Below, one piece after another: positions 50,827 to 62,264 of a stretch of 64,000 bases of DNA (its first letter is position 1; each line of letters opens with the position of its first letter). A model generated the notes under the pieces. It was not told the origin of the DNA, made no database searches, and saw only the letters and a program-made list of their open reading frames with translations. The position numbers and the translations under genes were made by a program. The stretch comes from a virus: the IMG/VR virus record IMGVR_UViG_3300029448_000010, positions 1 to 64,000 of that record; one strand, written 5' to 3'.

Positions 50827-51437
50827 ATGAATTGGGAAAATATATTGAAGAAAGATATTAATTGGTTAGATGCGTTTCATAAATTCGGATTTAATGATGG
50901 AGAAAACTATACCGGACAAACAGAAGCAATTGCTGGCTTTTTAGGAACGAAAGGATATTTGTCACATGTAACTAAATCAGGAGGTCATAATACTTTCATT
51001 AGAGCAATATATAAAACAACAATTGCCGAAGGATATGATAAAGAAAAGGTATATCCTCTTGATAGTGAAGAGTCCCGTAGTGGGGCAAGGGAAGATTTTG
51101 CACCTGAATTATTGAAATTATTAGATGACAGATATGGCAAATCAACAAAATCCGAAGGCATTACGAGTTGATTAAAATGAGTTGGGAAAATATTGTAAAA
51201 CGCAGTAATTCTGATGAACTCGATAAGGTATTAGACATGTATTCAGGACTAAAATTTATTGTAAATGATACTTATGCTGATATGATACCTTTTGTTTCTT
51301 TATTACAAAATGGTTCTTTAGAAGAGGCAAATGATGAATGGAAAAAGATGCAGGGTAACATTAAGGATTTAGAAGGTTCACTGAGAGGCATGCAAGAAGT
51401 TAATGATTTTATTACTAAATTGTTAGGTGATGCTTAA
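50827..51437 (+). CDS. Two MSW-leader proteins (50827-51171, 51177-51437)
   Basis: MNWENILKK, MSWENIVKR. Confidence 0.7.
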
Positions 51438-52093
51438 TGATTACTCGCAAACGATGTGCCGTCTGTCAGCATGATGATAGAGAAGAATTAGAAGCCGCTT
51501 TAGAAGGCGCATTTATTTCCTGTGATGATTTAGATAATAGAGAAGGCTGGAGAAGCGGTACTTCTGCAAAGCATCTTAGAAATCACATGGGGGATTATAC
51601 TAACAGTAGTAATCCTAAATGTAAATTGTGTGTTGACCCAATGAGGAAACATTACGAGGAAGCATTATCCGATGGTAATATCACTGCTGAAGGCGTTTCT
51701 CTAGCACTTGATGTTACTAAGGAACAGGTACAGCGACACATGAAGCACCACTTAGCACCTTTGGTTCAACAATCTGCCGCCAACATTATAGCGAAAAAGG
51801 AAGTAAATGAAATCGAACTACTAAGTACTAACATACAAAGGTTAGATGATAAGTTAGATGAGTTATTCAGGAATACAGAATTAGAACCTAGAGAGATAGA
51901 TAGCCTAACTAAACTTGCTAAAGAAGTTAGAGAGAGTCTAAAGTATCTTATGGAGTTTAAGGGCAAACTTATTCACAAGAGACAAGACACAATTATTGTC
52001 GCACAAATGCAAGTTGTTCAAGAAGTCCTTGCACAAAACAATCCTGAGATATGGCTTGAGATTAAAAAGAAAATGCAGGAGAAATTACAATGA
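51437..52093 (+). CDS. terS: Probable terminase small subunit
   Basis: Two CxxC...HxxxH HTH-like repeats followed by coiled-coil helices; upstream of TerL. Confidence 0.5.
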   Translation: MITRKRCAVCQHDDREELEAALEGAFISCDDLDNREGWRSGTSAKHLRNHMGDYTNSSNPKCKLCVDPMRKHYEEALSDGNITAEGVSLALDVTKEQVQRHMKHHLAPLVQQSAANIIAKKEVNEIELLSTNIQRLDDKLDELFRNTELEPREIDSLTKLAKEVRESLKYLMEFKGKLIHKRQDTIIVAQMQVVQEVLAQNNPEIWLEIKKKMQEKLQ

Positions 52094-53800
52094 GTTGGTT
52101 TGATATATTGAAACAAGAATCGGTAAAAGCATTGGTTGAAGATGCTTTAGATTTGCATAGTAGGGGTCGTGATTTTTACAAAGAAACTTATACAAAAGAA
52201 GATATTAAGCAAATGATGGACTTTTTCAAAAAGGAAAATAAAAGAGATAGGCTAGACCAATTTGATACGGACTATAATAGTAAAGCAATAAGACTACTAG
52301 AAAAAGCATTGGAGGAATTACAATGAGTTGGAAAGATATAATTAAAGCACCATTTGATGCACCTAGAAGAAGTAGGGCATTCAGGGCTAGAAGTAAGGCT
52401 GAAGAAGAAATAAGTGCAACAAAACCTAAAGAGGATTTATCCACTGACATTTCTGCTTTTGCTTCTAAGATTATTGACCCTCAGATGGAAAGATACGGTA
52501 GGGCTTTTGTGGATATAACAAAAAATAAAGATTGGAAAGAATTTTCTGAATTATTGGATAAATACAAAGGTAAGGATAGACTAGCGAATGAACTCGGTAA
52601 ATTATACAATACCAAAGTGTTCATTACCCATAGGCCGTCTAAAGGCGACCCTAGAGATGAAGACTATGTTATTGATATTGGAGCAAACCACGAAGAAAGA
52701 GGTGCTTAATAATGAGTTGGAAAGAAACACTAAAAGCCCACTGCGGCACAGAGGAAAAATTAGAAGACGATGACCCATTTGAAAAACTAGTCGGTAATCA
52801 AGATGAAATAGATGCTGACGGTGATGGTAAAATAACAGGAAATGATTTTAAGATTCTAGGAAGAAAGTCTAAACTAAAGAAAGCAAGAGACATGAAGCAA
52901 GTCCCTCTATCTAATGGCAAGACCTATCCACAGAATATTAGAATATTTGAAGCCACTTTGAAAAAAGAAGGTGGTGCGGCTGGTATTAAGAATTTAGTTG
53001 ATGCAAGTAAACTATCAAAAAAAGAAGTGAAGGCTGTTCTTGATATAATGAAGAACATAAGGATTCACAAGTATGGAGACATTATTCTAATGGATGGATT
53101 ACCTAAAGGAAAAGGGAGAGGGTTCACTGCATGAGTTGGGAAAATATAATTAAAAGAGGCCGAAGTTATGGTCGTAAAAAAAGAGCCGCCGAACATAACG
53201 CACCTACTCTTAAACAAATAGAAGAATTAGAGAAAGACCTTGAAAAGCATAAGGTTGAATTATCAACTTTAGGAACAAGTCAGCAAATTGAAAGATATGG
53301 TTTTGAAACACAGATGAACAAGGTTCGCAAAAAAGAAAAAGTCATTCGTTCATTAGAAAGCAAAATAAAAGAATTAAAGGATAAACTGAAGTGATAACAT
53401 GGATTGGCATATTATTCTAAAGAAACTTGTGTGTCCTACGGCAACACAAGACCTGAAACTCAACACTAAAAATAGAGATAGGGCAATAAAAGAAAAACAT
53501 ATTCAATATGGCCCTCTCAATCTAAACGATGAAAAGTATTGGGAAGAATATGCTAAGAAGTGGAATACTACTGCTGATGTGGCTAAGGAATCTAATTGTA
53601 GTAATTGTGTTGCATTTGACATATCTCCAAGAATGGATGACTGTATGCCACTAAATACAGACGAAGATGGCCGACTAGGTTATTGTTGGATGCACGATTT
53701 CAAATGCCATTCTGTGAGAACTTGTTATACTTGGGCTAAAGGAGGCCCAATTGATGACGATAAGGCTTCTAAAGAAAATCAAATGAGAGGCCGCAGGTGA
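52090..53800 (+). CDS. Five MSW-leader proteins (52090, 52323, 52712 with EF-hand-like loop, 53131, 53399 Cys-rich)
   Basis: Shared leader; DADGDGKIT loop; CSNC...GYC...FKC...TC. Confidence 0.7.
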
Positions 53801-53804
53801 TTGA

Positions 53805-55913
53805 ATGAAAAAATTTCCGGATAGTCTAATTGAATTATTTGCTATGTTGGCTGACGATAAGCGAGCCAAAGTATTGTTTAACATTAAATCTAGCAAGGTT
53901 GGTAAAAAAAGCATTACTAACCCTGTATTCGATGGTATGGTAAATCACTTCAGGGCAAATGAAATTAGTCAAGATTCAGTTAGACAATATCTTAGGGATA
54001 ATGATATTCTTGCAACTCTAATACCTAATTCTTTAGGTAAAGCCGAAAGACTACAATTACGAAGTAATATGGCTAACAATTTAGAAACTCTTATTCAGAA
54101 TTTAGGTAAAAGACAATCCCGTGACCAAACTCAACGCTTACTTGATGCTATCTTAGCAGATGATAATAAATCTAAAGCAGGTATTGTGGCTTTGAATGTG
54201 TTTATTAAGGATGCTAGCCCAAGAAAGATAAGGGAGATAAAAGATGATTACTTAACTCCCGAAATAAGACTAAACTTAATAGGAATTGTTGAAAAATACG
54301 CCTCCAAAAAGAAAAATTTTACTCCAAGTGACTTCGATAAAGACACAATGATTAACTTAAATAACAATTTGATAACAATTCGCTCCACAGCAACAGAAAT
54401 TGACGCAAAAGAACTCAATGACGAAGCCAAAAAGAACGGTTGGACTAGAGAATCGTCAGGTAATAGCGTTATTTTAAGAAAAATATTCAAAATGGGCGTT
54501 AAAACCACAGAAGAGTCACTAAGAAAGTTAATTCAAGATGATTTACCTTCAGTTGAATCTGCTAATGATGGACAAAACACTCAAATTACTCAAAAACCAT
54601 CAGATTTACGCAGATTATTGTATGGAAAAGAAGCAACTTTCAAAACAATAGGTGGTTTTTCTCAAATTGCGGCTAAAATGCAAGTTATACTAGAAGACTT
54701 CGGTACTGTTGATAAAGAAATCATAGAAAGTTGGTTTAAATTAGTGACAGAAGGTGTAGGTACGGGATTAAGTTCAGATGCGGAGTTTATGAAGGCAATT
54801 ACTAACTTTAAAGTCAATGGTTCTTCTATGTATGGTAAGTTTTTAAGCGGAAAAACGCAATCAAAGAACCATAAGGCATCTTTTTATGTTAGAGAGTTAT
54901 TGGAACAGCCTCTTAGTCAAAACTTATTCGATGAAGTTATGAAAAACATCAAAGGTAGTCTTAGAGTGTCTAGGCAGAATTGGATAGCATGGAAAAAGGC
55001 TTCTTTAGATACTAAAAAAGAAAAAGATGCTTTTGAGATTGATGCTAGAAAGCCATTAACTGATGAATCTAGACAGGCTTTTGAAGAAACTTATCTTACA
55101 GCGACTAGAAATTCAATACAAGCGATTATGCTAGAATATCTCAAAGATGAGGAAGGATTAGAAATAAGCGATAGTGACTATGTTATATTAAATGAAAATC
55201 AGAAAAAGGAATCTCAAATAGCGTTAATAGAAGATTCAGAAATTATGGAAAAGATTTCTGCACTCCGTACTGACATATTAGACGATAAAGATGCTTTAAT
55301 ATTTTACAAGGATTGGTTGAAAGAAAACGACTATGCTGAAGATTTAACCTTATTTAGAGAAAGAAGGATGGTATCTCAATTACCTACGAAAGAAACTGAG
55401 GAAATAGATTTTACTTATTTAGATACCGAGTCCGAATTGACTAGGGTTATATATTCTGTAATACATAATGCGCCAACCAAAGTCACAGAAGATAAAGACG
55501 GCGAGAAAGTCGAGAGGCCGATAGATGGTATTTTCAGAAAATATTTAGGCAACAGGTCAAAGTTAGCAAAGTATGTAAAATCTAATAAGAAGGACATAAA
55601 AGAAGGTCTAGTAGTATTCTATCATATCTGTAATACTATGGGGTCTTCTTTGGTGACAGAAGCACAAGCCATAGACAAGCATACATCAAAAGGCTTATCT
55701 GCGGAAAACGAGTCGCTGCTAGCAGCAGTAAAGAAATTTGCCGCTAAAATGGAAAGAAGTCTTAAATTATTCAAAAATAGGTTTAAAGAAGAATTAGGCA
55801 CAAGACTGAAAGATATAGCAGATAGCCCAAAAAAGTACCCTGCTGTTTATGATAAACAACCTTACATAACTAAACTAATTAAGTATTCACTGCTAAAGAG
55901 GCGACCACAATGA
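53805..55913 (+). CDS. Large hypothetical helical protein (702 aa), possibly virion-internal
   Basis: Long ORF in the head module; no motif recognised. Confidence 0.7.
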   Translation: MKKFPDSLIELFAMLADDKRAKVLFNIKSSKVGKKSITNPVFDGMVNHFRANEISQDSVRQYLRDNDILATLIPNSLGKAERLQLRSNMANNLETLIQNLGKRQSRDQTQRLLDAILADDNKSKAGIVALNVFIKDASPRKIREIKDDYLTPEIRLNLIGIVEKYASKKKNFTPSDFDKDTMINLNNNLITIRSTATEIDAKELNDEAKKNGWTRESSGNSVILRKIFKMGVKTTEESLRKLIQDDLPSVESANDGQNTQITQKPSDLRRLLYGKEATFKTIGGFSQIAAKMQVILEDFGTVDKEIIESWFKLVTEGVGTGLSSDAEFMKAITNFKVNGSSMYGKFLSGKTQSKNHKASFYVRELLEQPLSQNLFDEVMKNIKGSLRVSRQNWIAWKKASLDTKKEKDAFEIDARKPLTDESRQAFEETYLTATRNSIQAIMLEYLKDEEGLEISDSDYVILNENQKKESQIALIEDSEIMEKISALRTDILDDKDALIFYKDWLKENDYAEDLTLFRERRMVSQLPTKETEEIDFTYLDTESELTRVIYSVIHNAPTKVTEDKDGEKVERPIDGIFRKYLGNRSKLAKYVKSNKKDIKEGLVVFYHICNTMGSSLVTEAQAIDKHTSKGLSAENESLLAAVKKFAAKMERSLKLFKNRFKEELGTRLKDIADSPKKYPAVYDKQPYITKLIKYSLLKRRPQ

Positions 55914-58567
55914 CTAAACAATTAAATAAGTATTTGCCTAGTCAGGCTAAAGAGATTCTAAATGCTTCTGAAAAGGAATTTAGAAGAGTTGTTGGTGGAA
56001 GTAGCCAAAGTGATAAAAAGAAAGCAATTACTTCAATAGAAGATTCTATTAGAGAGAACATAATGAAGTATAGAAAGGTTCTTAGAACTAATATAGGAAC
56101 TAAAACTAGACAGGCTACTAGTAAGGAAGTTAGAGAAGTTATTTTACAAATCATACAAGAAGTAAATGAGCATTTAATGACTTTAAAAACTGAGAAAAAA
56201 ATGCCTTCTAGTAAAGATATAGCAGTACAAGAACATATAATAGATTCTATTAGAGATATATTAGAAGATACTAAGCATGTAAGATATAGCGGTGCTAAGT
56301 TAAAGGTTGAGGATATTATGTCTAATTCCTTTTCATCTGACCAAATAACTACTACTAAAAAGATTAATGTTTCTGAAATAGAATCAGACATTAAAATCCT
56401 TTTTAATACAAAAGAATACCCTATTCCTAATCATATTAAAAAGAATTTAAGGGCTTTTACTGAAAGGCTTGAAGAATTGTCTAAAGCAAAGACTACTAGA
56501 TTCAAAATACATAGACATGAATCCCATTTGAAAAAGATTTTTGGTAGCGATACTCAAAGGGCTAAAGATGCTAAAGATAGAAAGGCCACATATAAGTTTT
56601 GGAAAGGTATTGCTGGTCATGAAGATGATTTAGAAACTGAATTAGATAAGTTAGTTGTATTATTAAAAAAAGGTAATCCAAGTGATGCTAAAGCCGATAA
56701 AGATGTAGCGGCATTTCTAAAGTTTATGTCTGATGAACCTGATTTGAAGTATGTTTATCCATTCCCTAAAAAGACATTAGGCTTTGCTGATTTACATGCA
56801 AGGTCGTATCAATTCCTACTTAATTTCCTTAAACTGTTTAATTATGATGTTAACTTTAGAGGAAGTAAAAGTAGTTATGCGGGTAAAGGAGATTCCGACG
56901 CACCTAGCGATGATGACGATACTTCGGATTCAGAAGTAACAGGCGGTACAGGTCGAGAAGAAGTAGTATCAGACGAACCTCAAGACTGGGATGATAGCAA
57001 GGAATTAGATGTTCAAACAGAACAGAATATAGCCGCAGAAGCCCAAAGAGCAGATAGAGCGAATCAATTGACCGTAGGTGAAGATGTAGTAAGAGATGTA
57101 TTCAGTAATCCTGAAGTTTCAGAATTGATAAAAGATATGGAGAAAGAAGATTACGACCCATTAGGTATATTAGTAGTAAAAGATGACTTAAAGAGTTTAA
57201 TGCCTTTATATGGAGAAATAGACGAAATTAAAGACTATTTAGAAGAAAAGAGAGCCTTGCTAGATATAGATGAAGACGATGAAGAGGCTATTTTTAAGAC
57301 ATTTATGGATGATTTAGAGAGAATACACTCTTTAGCAGACAGTCTAAAAGAGTTCCATTTACCTATATTTGCGGCGGAAAACCCTGTAATTAGAGAAGAA
57401 TATCCAGAATTGAAGGCTAAAGCAGGGTCAACAGGTGCAGACATTGATAGATTTTTAGAATTGTTTGCTAATTTAATCCAAGATGAAAAAGCGACTATGG
57501 CTAATGTAACTGCTCTTGATTTAAGGGGCGCAAGCACCGGAGGGAAAAAGGAAGAAAAAGCCCCACCAAGATATTTCAAATATGTTAAGGGAGTTGCCTC
57601 AAGAAAAGGTTCTCCTAGACAGTCCTTTAAAGCAGCAAGTTCAGCAAACTCTAAGATTAATGCGGCTATTAATAGAGTAGTTAAAGAAATGGCACATGTA
57701 TTTATTACTCCACAAATGTCTCATTTAGATGCGGGAATATCTCTCCCCTTTAAGAATAACTTTGCTCTAAGATTAATTTCCTCAACTAAAAAATTAGATG
57801 AAAAGTTTAAGATTTATCAAGCCATAAATCAAAAGTTTATGAGTACAGGAGAAGCATTCATAGATGAAGAAGCCGTGGTTAAATTAAGGTCATTTACTAA
57901 TATGCTGGCTAAAGGTGATGCAGTTCAGAATTTTGAGAACATTAAATCGGCAGGTGCTAAGTTTGCAGAGGCATTGTATGACATCGCTGAATATACTGAA
58001 GATAAAACAAAGACTAAATTAAATAACAACATAAAGGAAAGCATACAAAAAGATGTGGCGGCAATACTAGGTTCTATTAGAAGCATTTCTAATGTTAGAA
58101 GAGATGAATATTTCATGAATAATACATGGGGTAACAAGATAGGAATACTAGACGAGTATAAGAAAAGTAAGAAGGATGGAATAGAAGATATTTCAGTCCT
58201 TAGAGTAATTCTAGATTTGTTGGAAACCAAGCACGGTGAAACTGCAATACCCGACAAGAACGAAAGACAGAAGTTGCTAGATGATTTGAGAGAGATTAAG
58301 AAAAGTGAAGTTAGTGAAAAAATACTAAGTGTTCACGATTCTATTCGGCTACTAAAACAGAAGCCGGTATTTTATGGTAAAAAGAAAATCAATAACTTTG
58401 ACCATATAGGTGACATGATAACTAAGATGGAAAGGGAATACAATTTAGATATTAGCGCAAGTGAGATAACAGGTGTTGTTAATGAATTGGATTCTTTTGA
58501 TAGTATTAGTAAATCTTACGGTATTAGTACAGAACATGTTTATGTGATTAAAGCCAACTTTAGGTGA
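55910..58567 (+). CDS. Large hypothetical helical protein (885 aa), possibly virion-internal
   Basis: Long ORF with acidic disordered linker and HTH-like C-terminus. Confidence 0.7.
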   Translation: MTKQLNKYLPSQAKEILNASEKEFRRVVGGSSQSDKKKAITSIEDSIRENIMKYRKVLRTNIGTKTRQATSKEVREVILQIIQEVNEHLMTLKTEKKMPSSKDIAVQEHIIDSIRDILEDTKHVRYSGAKLKVEDIMSNSFSSDQITTTKKINVSEIESDIKILFNTKEYPIPNHIKKNLRAFTERLEELSKAKTTRFKIHRHESHLKKIFGSDTQRAKDAKDRKATYKFWKGIAGHEDDLETELDKLVVLLKKGNPSDAKADKDVAAFLKFMSDEPDLKYVYPFPKKTLGFADLHARSYQFLLNFLKLFNYDVNFRGSKSSYAGKGDSDAPSDDDDTSDSEVTGGTGREEVVSDEPQDWDDSKELDVQTEQNIAAEAQRADRANQLTVGEDVVRDVFSNPEVSELIKDMEKEDYDPLGILVVKDDLKSLMPLYGEIDEIKDYLEEKRALLDIDEDDEEAIFKTFMDDLERIHSLADSLKEFHLPIFAAENPVIREEYPELKAKAGSTGADIDRFLELFANLIQDEKATMANVTALDLRGASTGGKKEEKAPPRYFKYVKGVASRKGSPRQSFKAASSANSKINAAINRVVKEMAHVFITPQMSHLDAGISLPFKNNFALRLISSTKKLDEKFKIYQAINQKFMSTGEAFIDEEAVVKLRSFTNMLAKGDAVQNFENIKSAGAKFAEALYDIAEYTEDKTKTKLNNNIKESIQKDVAAILGSIRSISNVRRDEYFMNNTWGNKIGILDEYKKSKKDGIEDISVLRVILDLLETKHGETAIPDKNERQKLLDDLREIKKSEVSEKILSVHDSIRLLKQKPVFYGKKKINNFDHIGDMITKMEREYNLDISASEITGVVNELDSFDSISKSYGISTEHVYVIKANFR

Positions 58568-58571
58568 TAGC

Positions 58572-59464
58572 ATGGGTTGGTTTGAGATATTAAAAAGAAC
58601 AGAAATTGTTCCCGAAGAATCTCTTGAGCATTTAGAAGAGTTTGTTTTAGCAGAAGAGAAAGGCTATCCTTCTGTATTGCACCCTCTAAAAATAGTCGCT
58701 GAGTTTGATGATGATACAAACGATTTGAAGGCTTATACTTCTTTTAGAGATTTTGGTAAATTCTTTTTTGTAGGTAATAGTTATTCTTTTGTTAGGGGCG
58801 GCGGTTTTTACAAGAAAGTTCTAAACTTTAGAGACAAGTTTTTAGGTTCTTCTAAACCTAAGATTGCTTTACTTAATGTTAAAGAGTCCACTCAAATAGA
58901 CAGAATGACTTCTTTAGTTGAAGGTAGGGGAGGCATTAAGATAGAAGAATATTCACAAGTGGATGATGTTATGGATGAATCTATGTATAACGAATTTAAG
59001 AAATTACCTATGTTTAGATACCCGCCATTAAAAGAAGGTGAAGAAGAATGAATTGGTTTGATGTATTAAAATTAAAAGACGATGATGGAAACTTGTTAAT
59101 TGTTGAAGATGTTGACGAGTTTGTAAGATACCTTAGAGAATCTTTAAGGGCAGTGGCCGCACCTTTCTATGGTACTATTACACAACCAAAGAGCGAAGGA
59201 AATCCTAGAAAATCGAACATAGTTGTAAAGGAAACATGGGTCGATGATAATACCTTAAAGGTAGTAGCCAGCGTAAGAAATCCTAATACGACACAAAGAG
59301 AATACTTTGAAATTATTCTCCGAGAAAATGAAGAAGGAGACTTTTACTTTGATAAGGTTGAAGGGGCGGGAGTGTTCCTATTCCGTAACACTAATGTCAG
59401 TAATTCGGGTAAATTAATACAAGAAATACAGCAAGCGGTTAAGAGATATTTACAAAGTAGTTGA
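58572..59464 (+). CDS. Two MSW-leader proteins (58572-59051, possible GNAT-like fold; 59048-59464)
   Basis: MGWFEILKR, MNWFDVLK; VRGGGFYKKVL resembles the GNAT motif A. Confidence 0.65.
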
Positions 59465-59468
59465 TTGC

Positions 59469-60899
59469 ATGGAAATAGAGCCTTTTAATTTTGAACATAA
59501 TATGGATATGGAGTTATCTAAAAACTCCTTTCCGTATTTTTTCCAGAATGTATTAGGTTTTGATTTTCCATCTTATATTCAAGAATGGCATGAGTTAATG
59601 AATGAAACTCAAAGGACTGTTATCATTTGTAGTCGTGACCACGGTAAGTCTGTATTTATGCACAGTTGGGTTGTATGGAAATTAATCTTTGAAGAACCCC
59701 CATACCAAATGCTATACATATCTTCTAACCAAAAGCAGACTCTTGTTCACATGAGAGACATTGATAAAATGTTTACTCATCCTATGCTTAAAAAATTCAA
59801 ACCTGCTAGGGGTTGGGCTATTGGTAACATTACATTAACTAATGGTAATCAAATCTTAGAGCGTTCCGTAGGTTCACAGATTCGTGGATTGCACCCTCAA
59901 GAAATAGTAATTGATGACCCTTTGAAAGAGTTTAGTATGACAGGTATTCAAAAGGTTACAGATTGGTTTTATGGTGACATGATACCTACACTGCATCACA
60001 CTGCATCATTGAGAGTTATTGGTACTCCATTTAGTTACACAGATATTTACCAACAGTTAGCAGAAAATGATGCTTATACGGTCAGAACATATCCATGTCT
60101 CAATTCTTTGAATGAACCCTTATGGCCGGATAGATGGAATTACGATGCGTTGATGGCTCGTAAAGCAGAAGTAGGTTCATTGATGTTTACAAGAGAATAC
60201 ATGTGTGTACCTATTTCAACGGGTACTTCTTTATTCAATCCCGATTATTTAGAGAGGGCCAAAGATAAGGATTATGTTTTGAAACCACAAAGGCGTGAAG
60301 GCTTCAAGTATTATGTAGGAGTTGACCCTGCTATCTCAACCGATGGAGATTACAATGTAATTACTGTATTAGAAGTTGATGAACATGACAATAAAACAGT
60401 AGTGTTTGTTGACCGTTCTAAGAATGTTGAGTTTAGAGAGAACATAGAAAAGGTTCGTCTAATAGGAAAGATGTTTCATCCCGAAGTAGTATTGTTTGAG
60501 ACAAATACATTCGCTAAATCATTTACACAAGAATTAAGGAATGTATCTGATTTGAATGTTCATGACTTTAACACTACTAGAAAAAGAAAGGAAGAGATTA
60601 TTCTAAGTTTGCAGATGAATTTTGAGAATGAAAAGATTAGATTACCTTATGGTAATGAAGAGAGTCGAAGAGTATCAATGATTCTTTTAGAAGAATTGTC
60701 AATGTTTGCTATTACAGACAAAGGAAAGTTTGAGGGAATTGGAGCGCATGACGATATGGTTATGAGTTTAGCCCTCGCTAATGCAGCCACCCATACTATG
60801 AGTGAAACATTCATACTGTTAGATGACTTGGGCTTATTTGAGCCGGTTAAGACTAACCGCTATCAACGCACTGGTGGCTTTATAGGAATGAATTTTTGA
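59469..60899 (+). CDS. terL: Terminase large subunit
   Basis: SRDHGKS Walker A, IRGLH..VIDD Walker B, GVDPA and HDDMVMSLALA nuclease motifs. Confidence 0.93.
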   Translation: MEIEPFNFEHNMDMELSKNSFPYFFQNVLGFDFPSYIQEWHELMNETQRTVIICSRDHGKSVFMHSWVVWKLIFEEPPYQMLYISSNQKQTLVHMRDIDKMFTHPMLKKFKPARGWAIGNITLTNGNQILERSVGSQIRGLHPQEIVIDDPLKEFSMTGIQKVTDWFYGDMIPTLHHTASLRVIGTPFSYTDIYQQLAENDAYTVRTYPCLNSLNEPLWPDRWNYDALMARKAEVGSLMFTREYMCVPISTGTSLFNPDYLERAKDKDYVLKPQRREGFKYYVGVDPAISTDGDYNVITVLEVDEHDNKTVVFVDRSKNVEFRENIEKVRLIGKMFHPEVVLFETNTFAKSFTQELRNVSDLNVHDFNTTRKRKEEIILSLQMNFENEKIRLPYGNEESRRVSMILLEELSMFAITDKGKFEGIGAHDDMVMSLALANAATHTMSETFILLDDLGLFEPVKTNRYQRTGGFIGMNF

Positions 60900-60908
60900 G
60901 GTGGTTAT

Positions 60909-62264
60909 GTGACAACGGCAGAAGAATACGACGAAGCCTCTGAAAGAATGAAGCGTTTAGCGGAGTTAGAGAGAGAAAAGCAAGAAGAATTATCAGAAGT
61001 TCAAAATGATTTAAGCACTAAATTAACAGGAGTTTCTGATTATGTCATGTCTGATTATGAAGCAGTAAATACTTTATCCAAGAATCTAAATATTAATGCT
61101 ACTGATGCTAGGAAACAACTATCCACATTTCCTTCTGAATATATTGTTGATGGTCAAAATATCCCAGACCTAGTAAGAAAAATGCGTAAAGCAAGAAGGA
61201 AACTAAAAGGAGATTCTAGAATAAGAATGTCTGAAACTATTGATACAGTTATTGATGGATATGCAGACCACATAAACAAATGTATTGATTCTATTTATTG
61301 GATTACTCCGTATAAGATTCCTCTATTGAAAATGAGATTCAACGAAAAAGATTTATCTAAATTAAATAAGATTTCAGAAGTTAAACAAAGAAGAAACATA
61401 GTTGATTCTCTTTGTAAATTATGGGAAATAGATTTAAACAAAACAGATATGGCTTTTGGTTCTAACTATGCTAAATTGGAAAAAGAATCTAGATTAGCAA
61501 AAAAGCAATTTAGAGAAGAGTTAAAGAAAATTAGCGACCAATCTTTAATTAAATCTAAAAAGGAAAAGTCTTTAAATTTTATTTTAAAATCAATATGCGA
61601 AAATCCGGGAATTGGTATTGGAACTATTCATGACCAAATGCCAAACAATTTACATAAAGCCAATTCAAGTAATACTATTTCTAAAATGATTAAGAAATTA
61701 GAAGTAGGTAGTATAAATGGTGCTTATTATAAATTACCTAATGAATTAAAAAAGAATGTTTGGGCTTATACTGCCGCATTTATTGATTCCGACGGCTATA
61801 TTACTATGGATAGAAACCATAATCCAAGAGTAGGGTTGGTTGCCACTGGAGAAAGAGGTAAGGTGTTTATGAATGAAATGCACAAATCTATTGGGTTTGG
61901 TAAGTTGCATTTAGACCAAAAATCCCCTCAAGATACACGGCCTGTTAATCGCTTAAACTTTTATTCACAAGGAGATGTAGTCAATCTATTAACTAAATGC
62001 TTACCACATTTCAGACTAAAGAAGGGTAATGCTGAATTATTATTAGAATTAATTCGCATGAAAAAGTCACACAAGAAGGCTGATTGGTATAAGTCTAGGT
62101 GTGATGAGATATTCAAGTTAATGAAATGGGAGAACCATAAAGACCATGTTGGTTTTGATTTTGCTAAAGAAGGAATATATGTTGATGATATTTCTAAGTT
62201 ACAAGGTAACTGTAAGATGTCTGCTATGGATGAGTTAGAAGGTATTGGAGGTATGATAGTATGA
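60909..62264 (+). CDS. Coiled-coil/HTH protein fused to C-terminal LAGLIDADG endonuclease domain
   Basis: YTAAFIDSDGYI motif; LTKCLPHFRLKK..AE. Confidence 0.75.
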   Translation: MTTAEEYDEASERMKRLAELEREKQEELSEVQNDLSTKLTGVSDYVMSDYEAVNTLSKNLNINATDARKQLSTFPSEYIVDGQNIPDLVRKMRKARRKLKGDSRIRMSETIDTVIDGYADHINKCIDSIYWITPYKIPLLKMRFNEKDLSKLNKISEVKQRRNIVDSLCKLWEIDLNKTDMAFGSNYAKLEKESRLAKKQFREELKKISDQSLIKSKKEKSLNFILKSICENPGIGIGTIHDQMPNNLHKANSSNTISKMIKKLEVGSINGAYYKLPNELKKNVWAYTAAFIDSDGYITMDRNHNPRVGLVATGERGKVFMNEMHKSIGFGKLHLDQKSPQDTRPVNRLNFYSQGDVVNLLTKCLPHFRLKKGNAELLLELIRMKKSHKKADWYKSRCDEIFKLMKWENHKDHVGFDFAKEGIYVDDISKLQGNCKMSAMDELEGIGGMIV

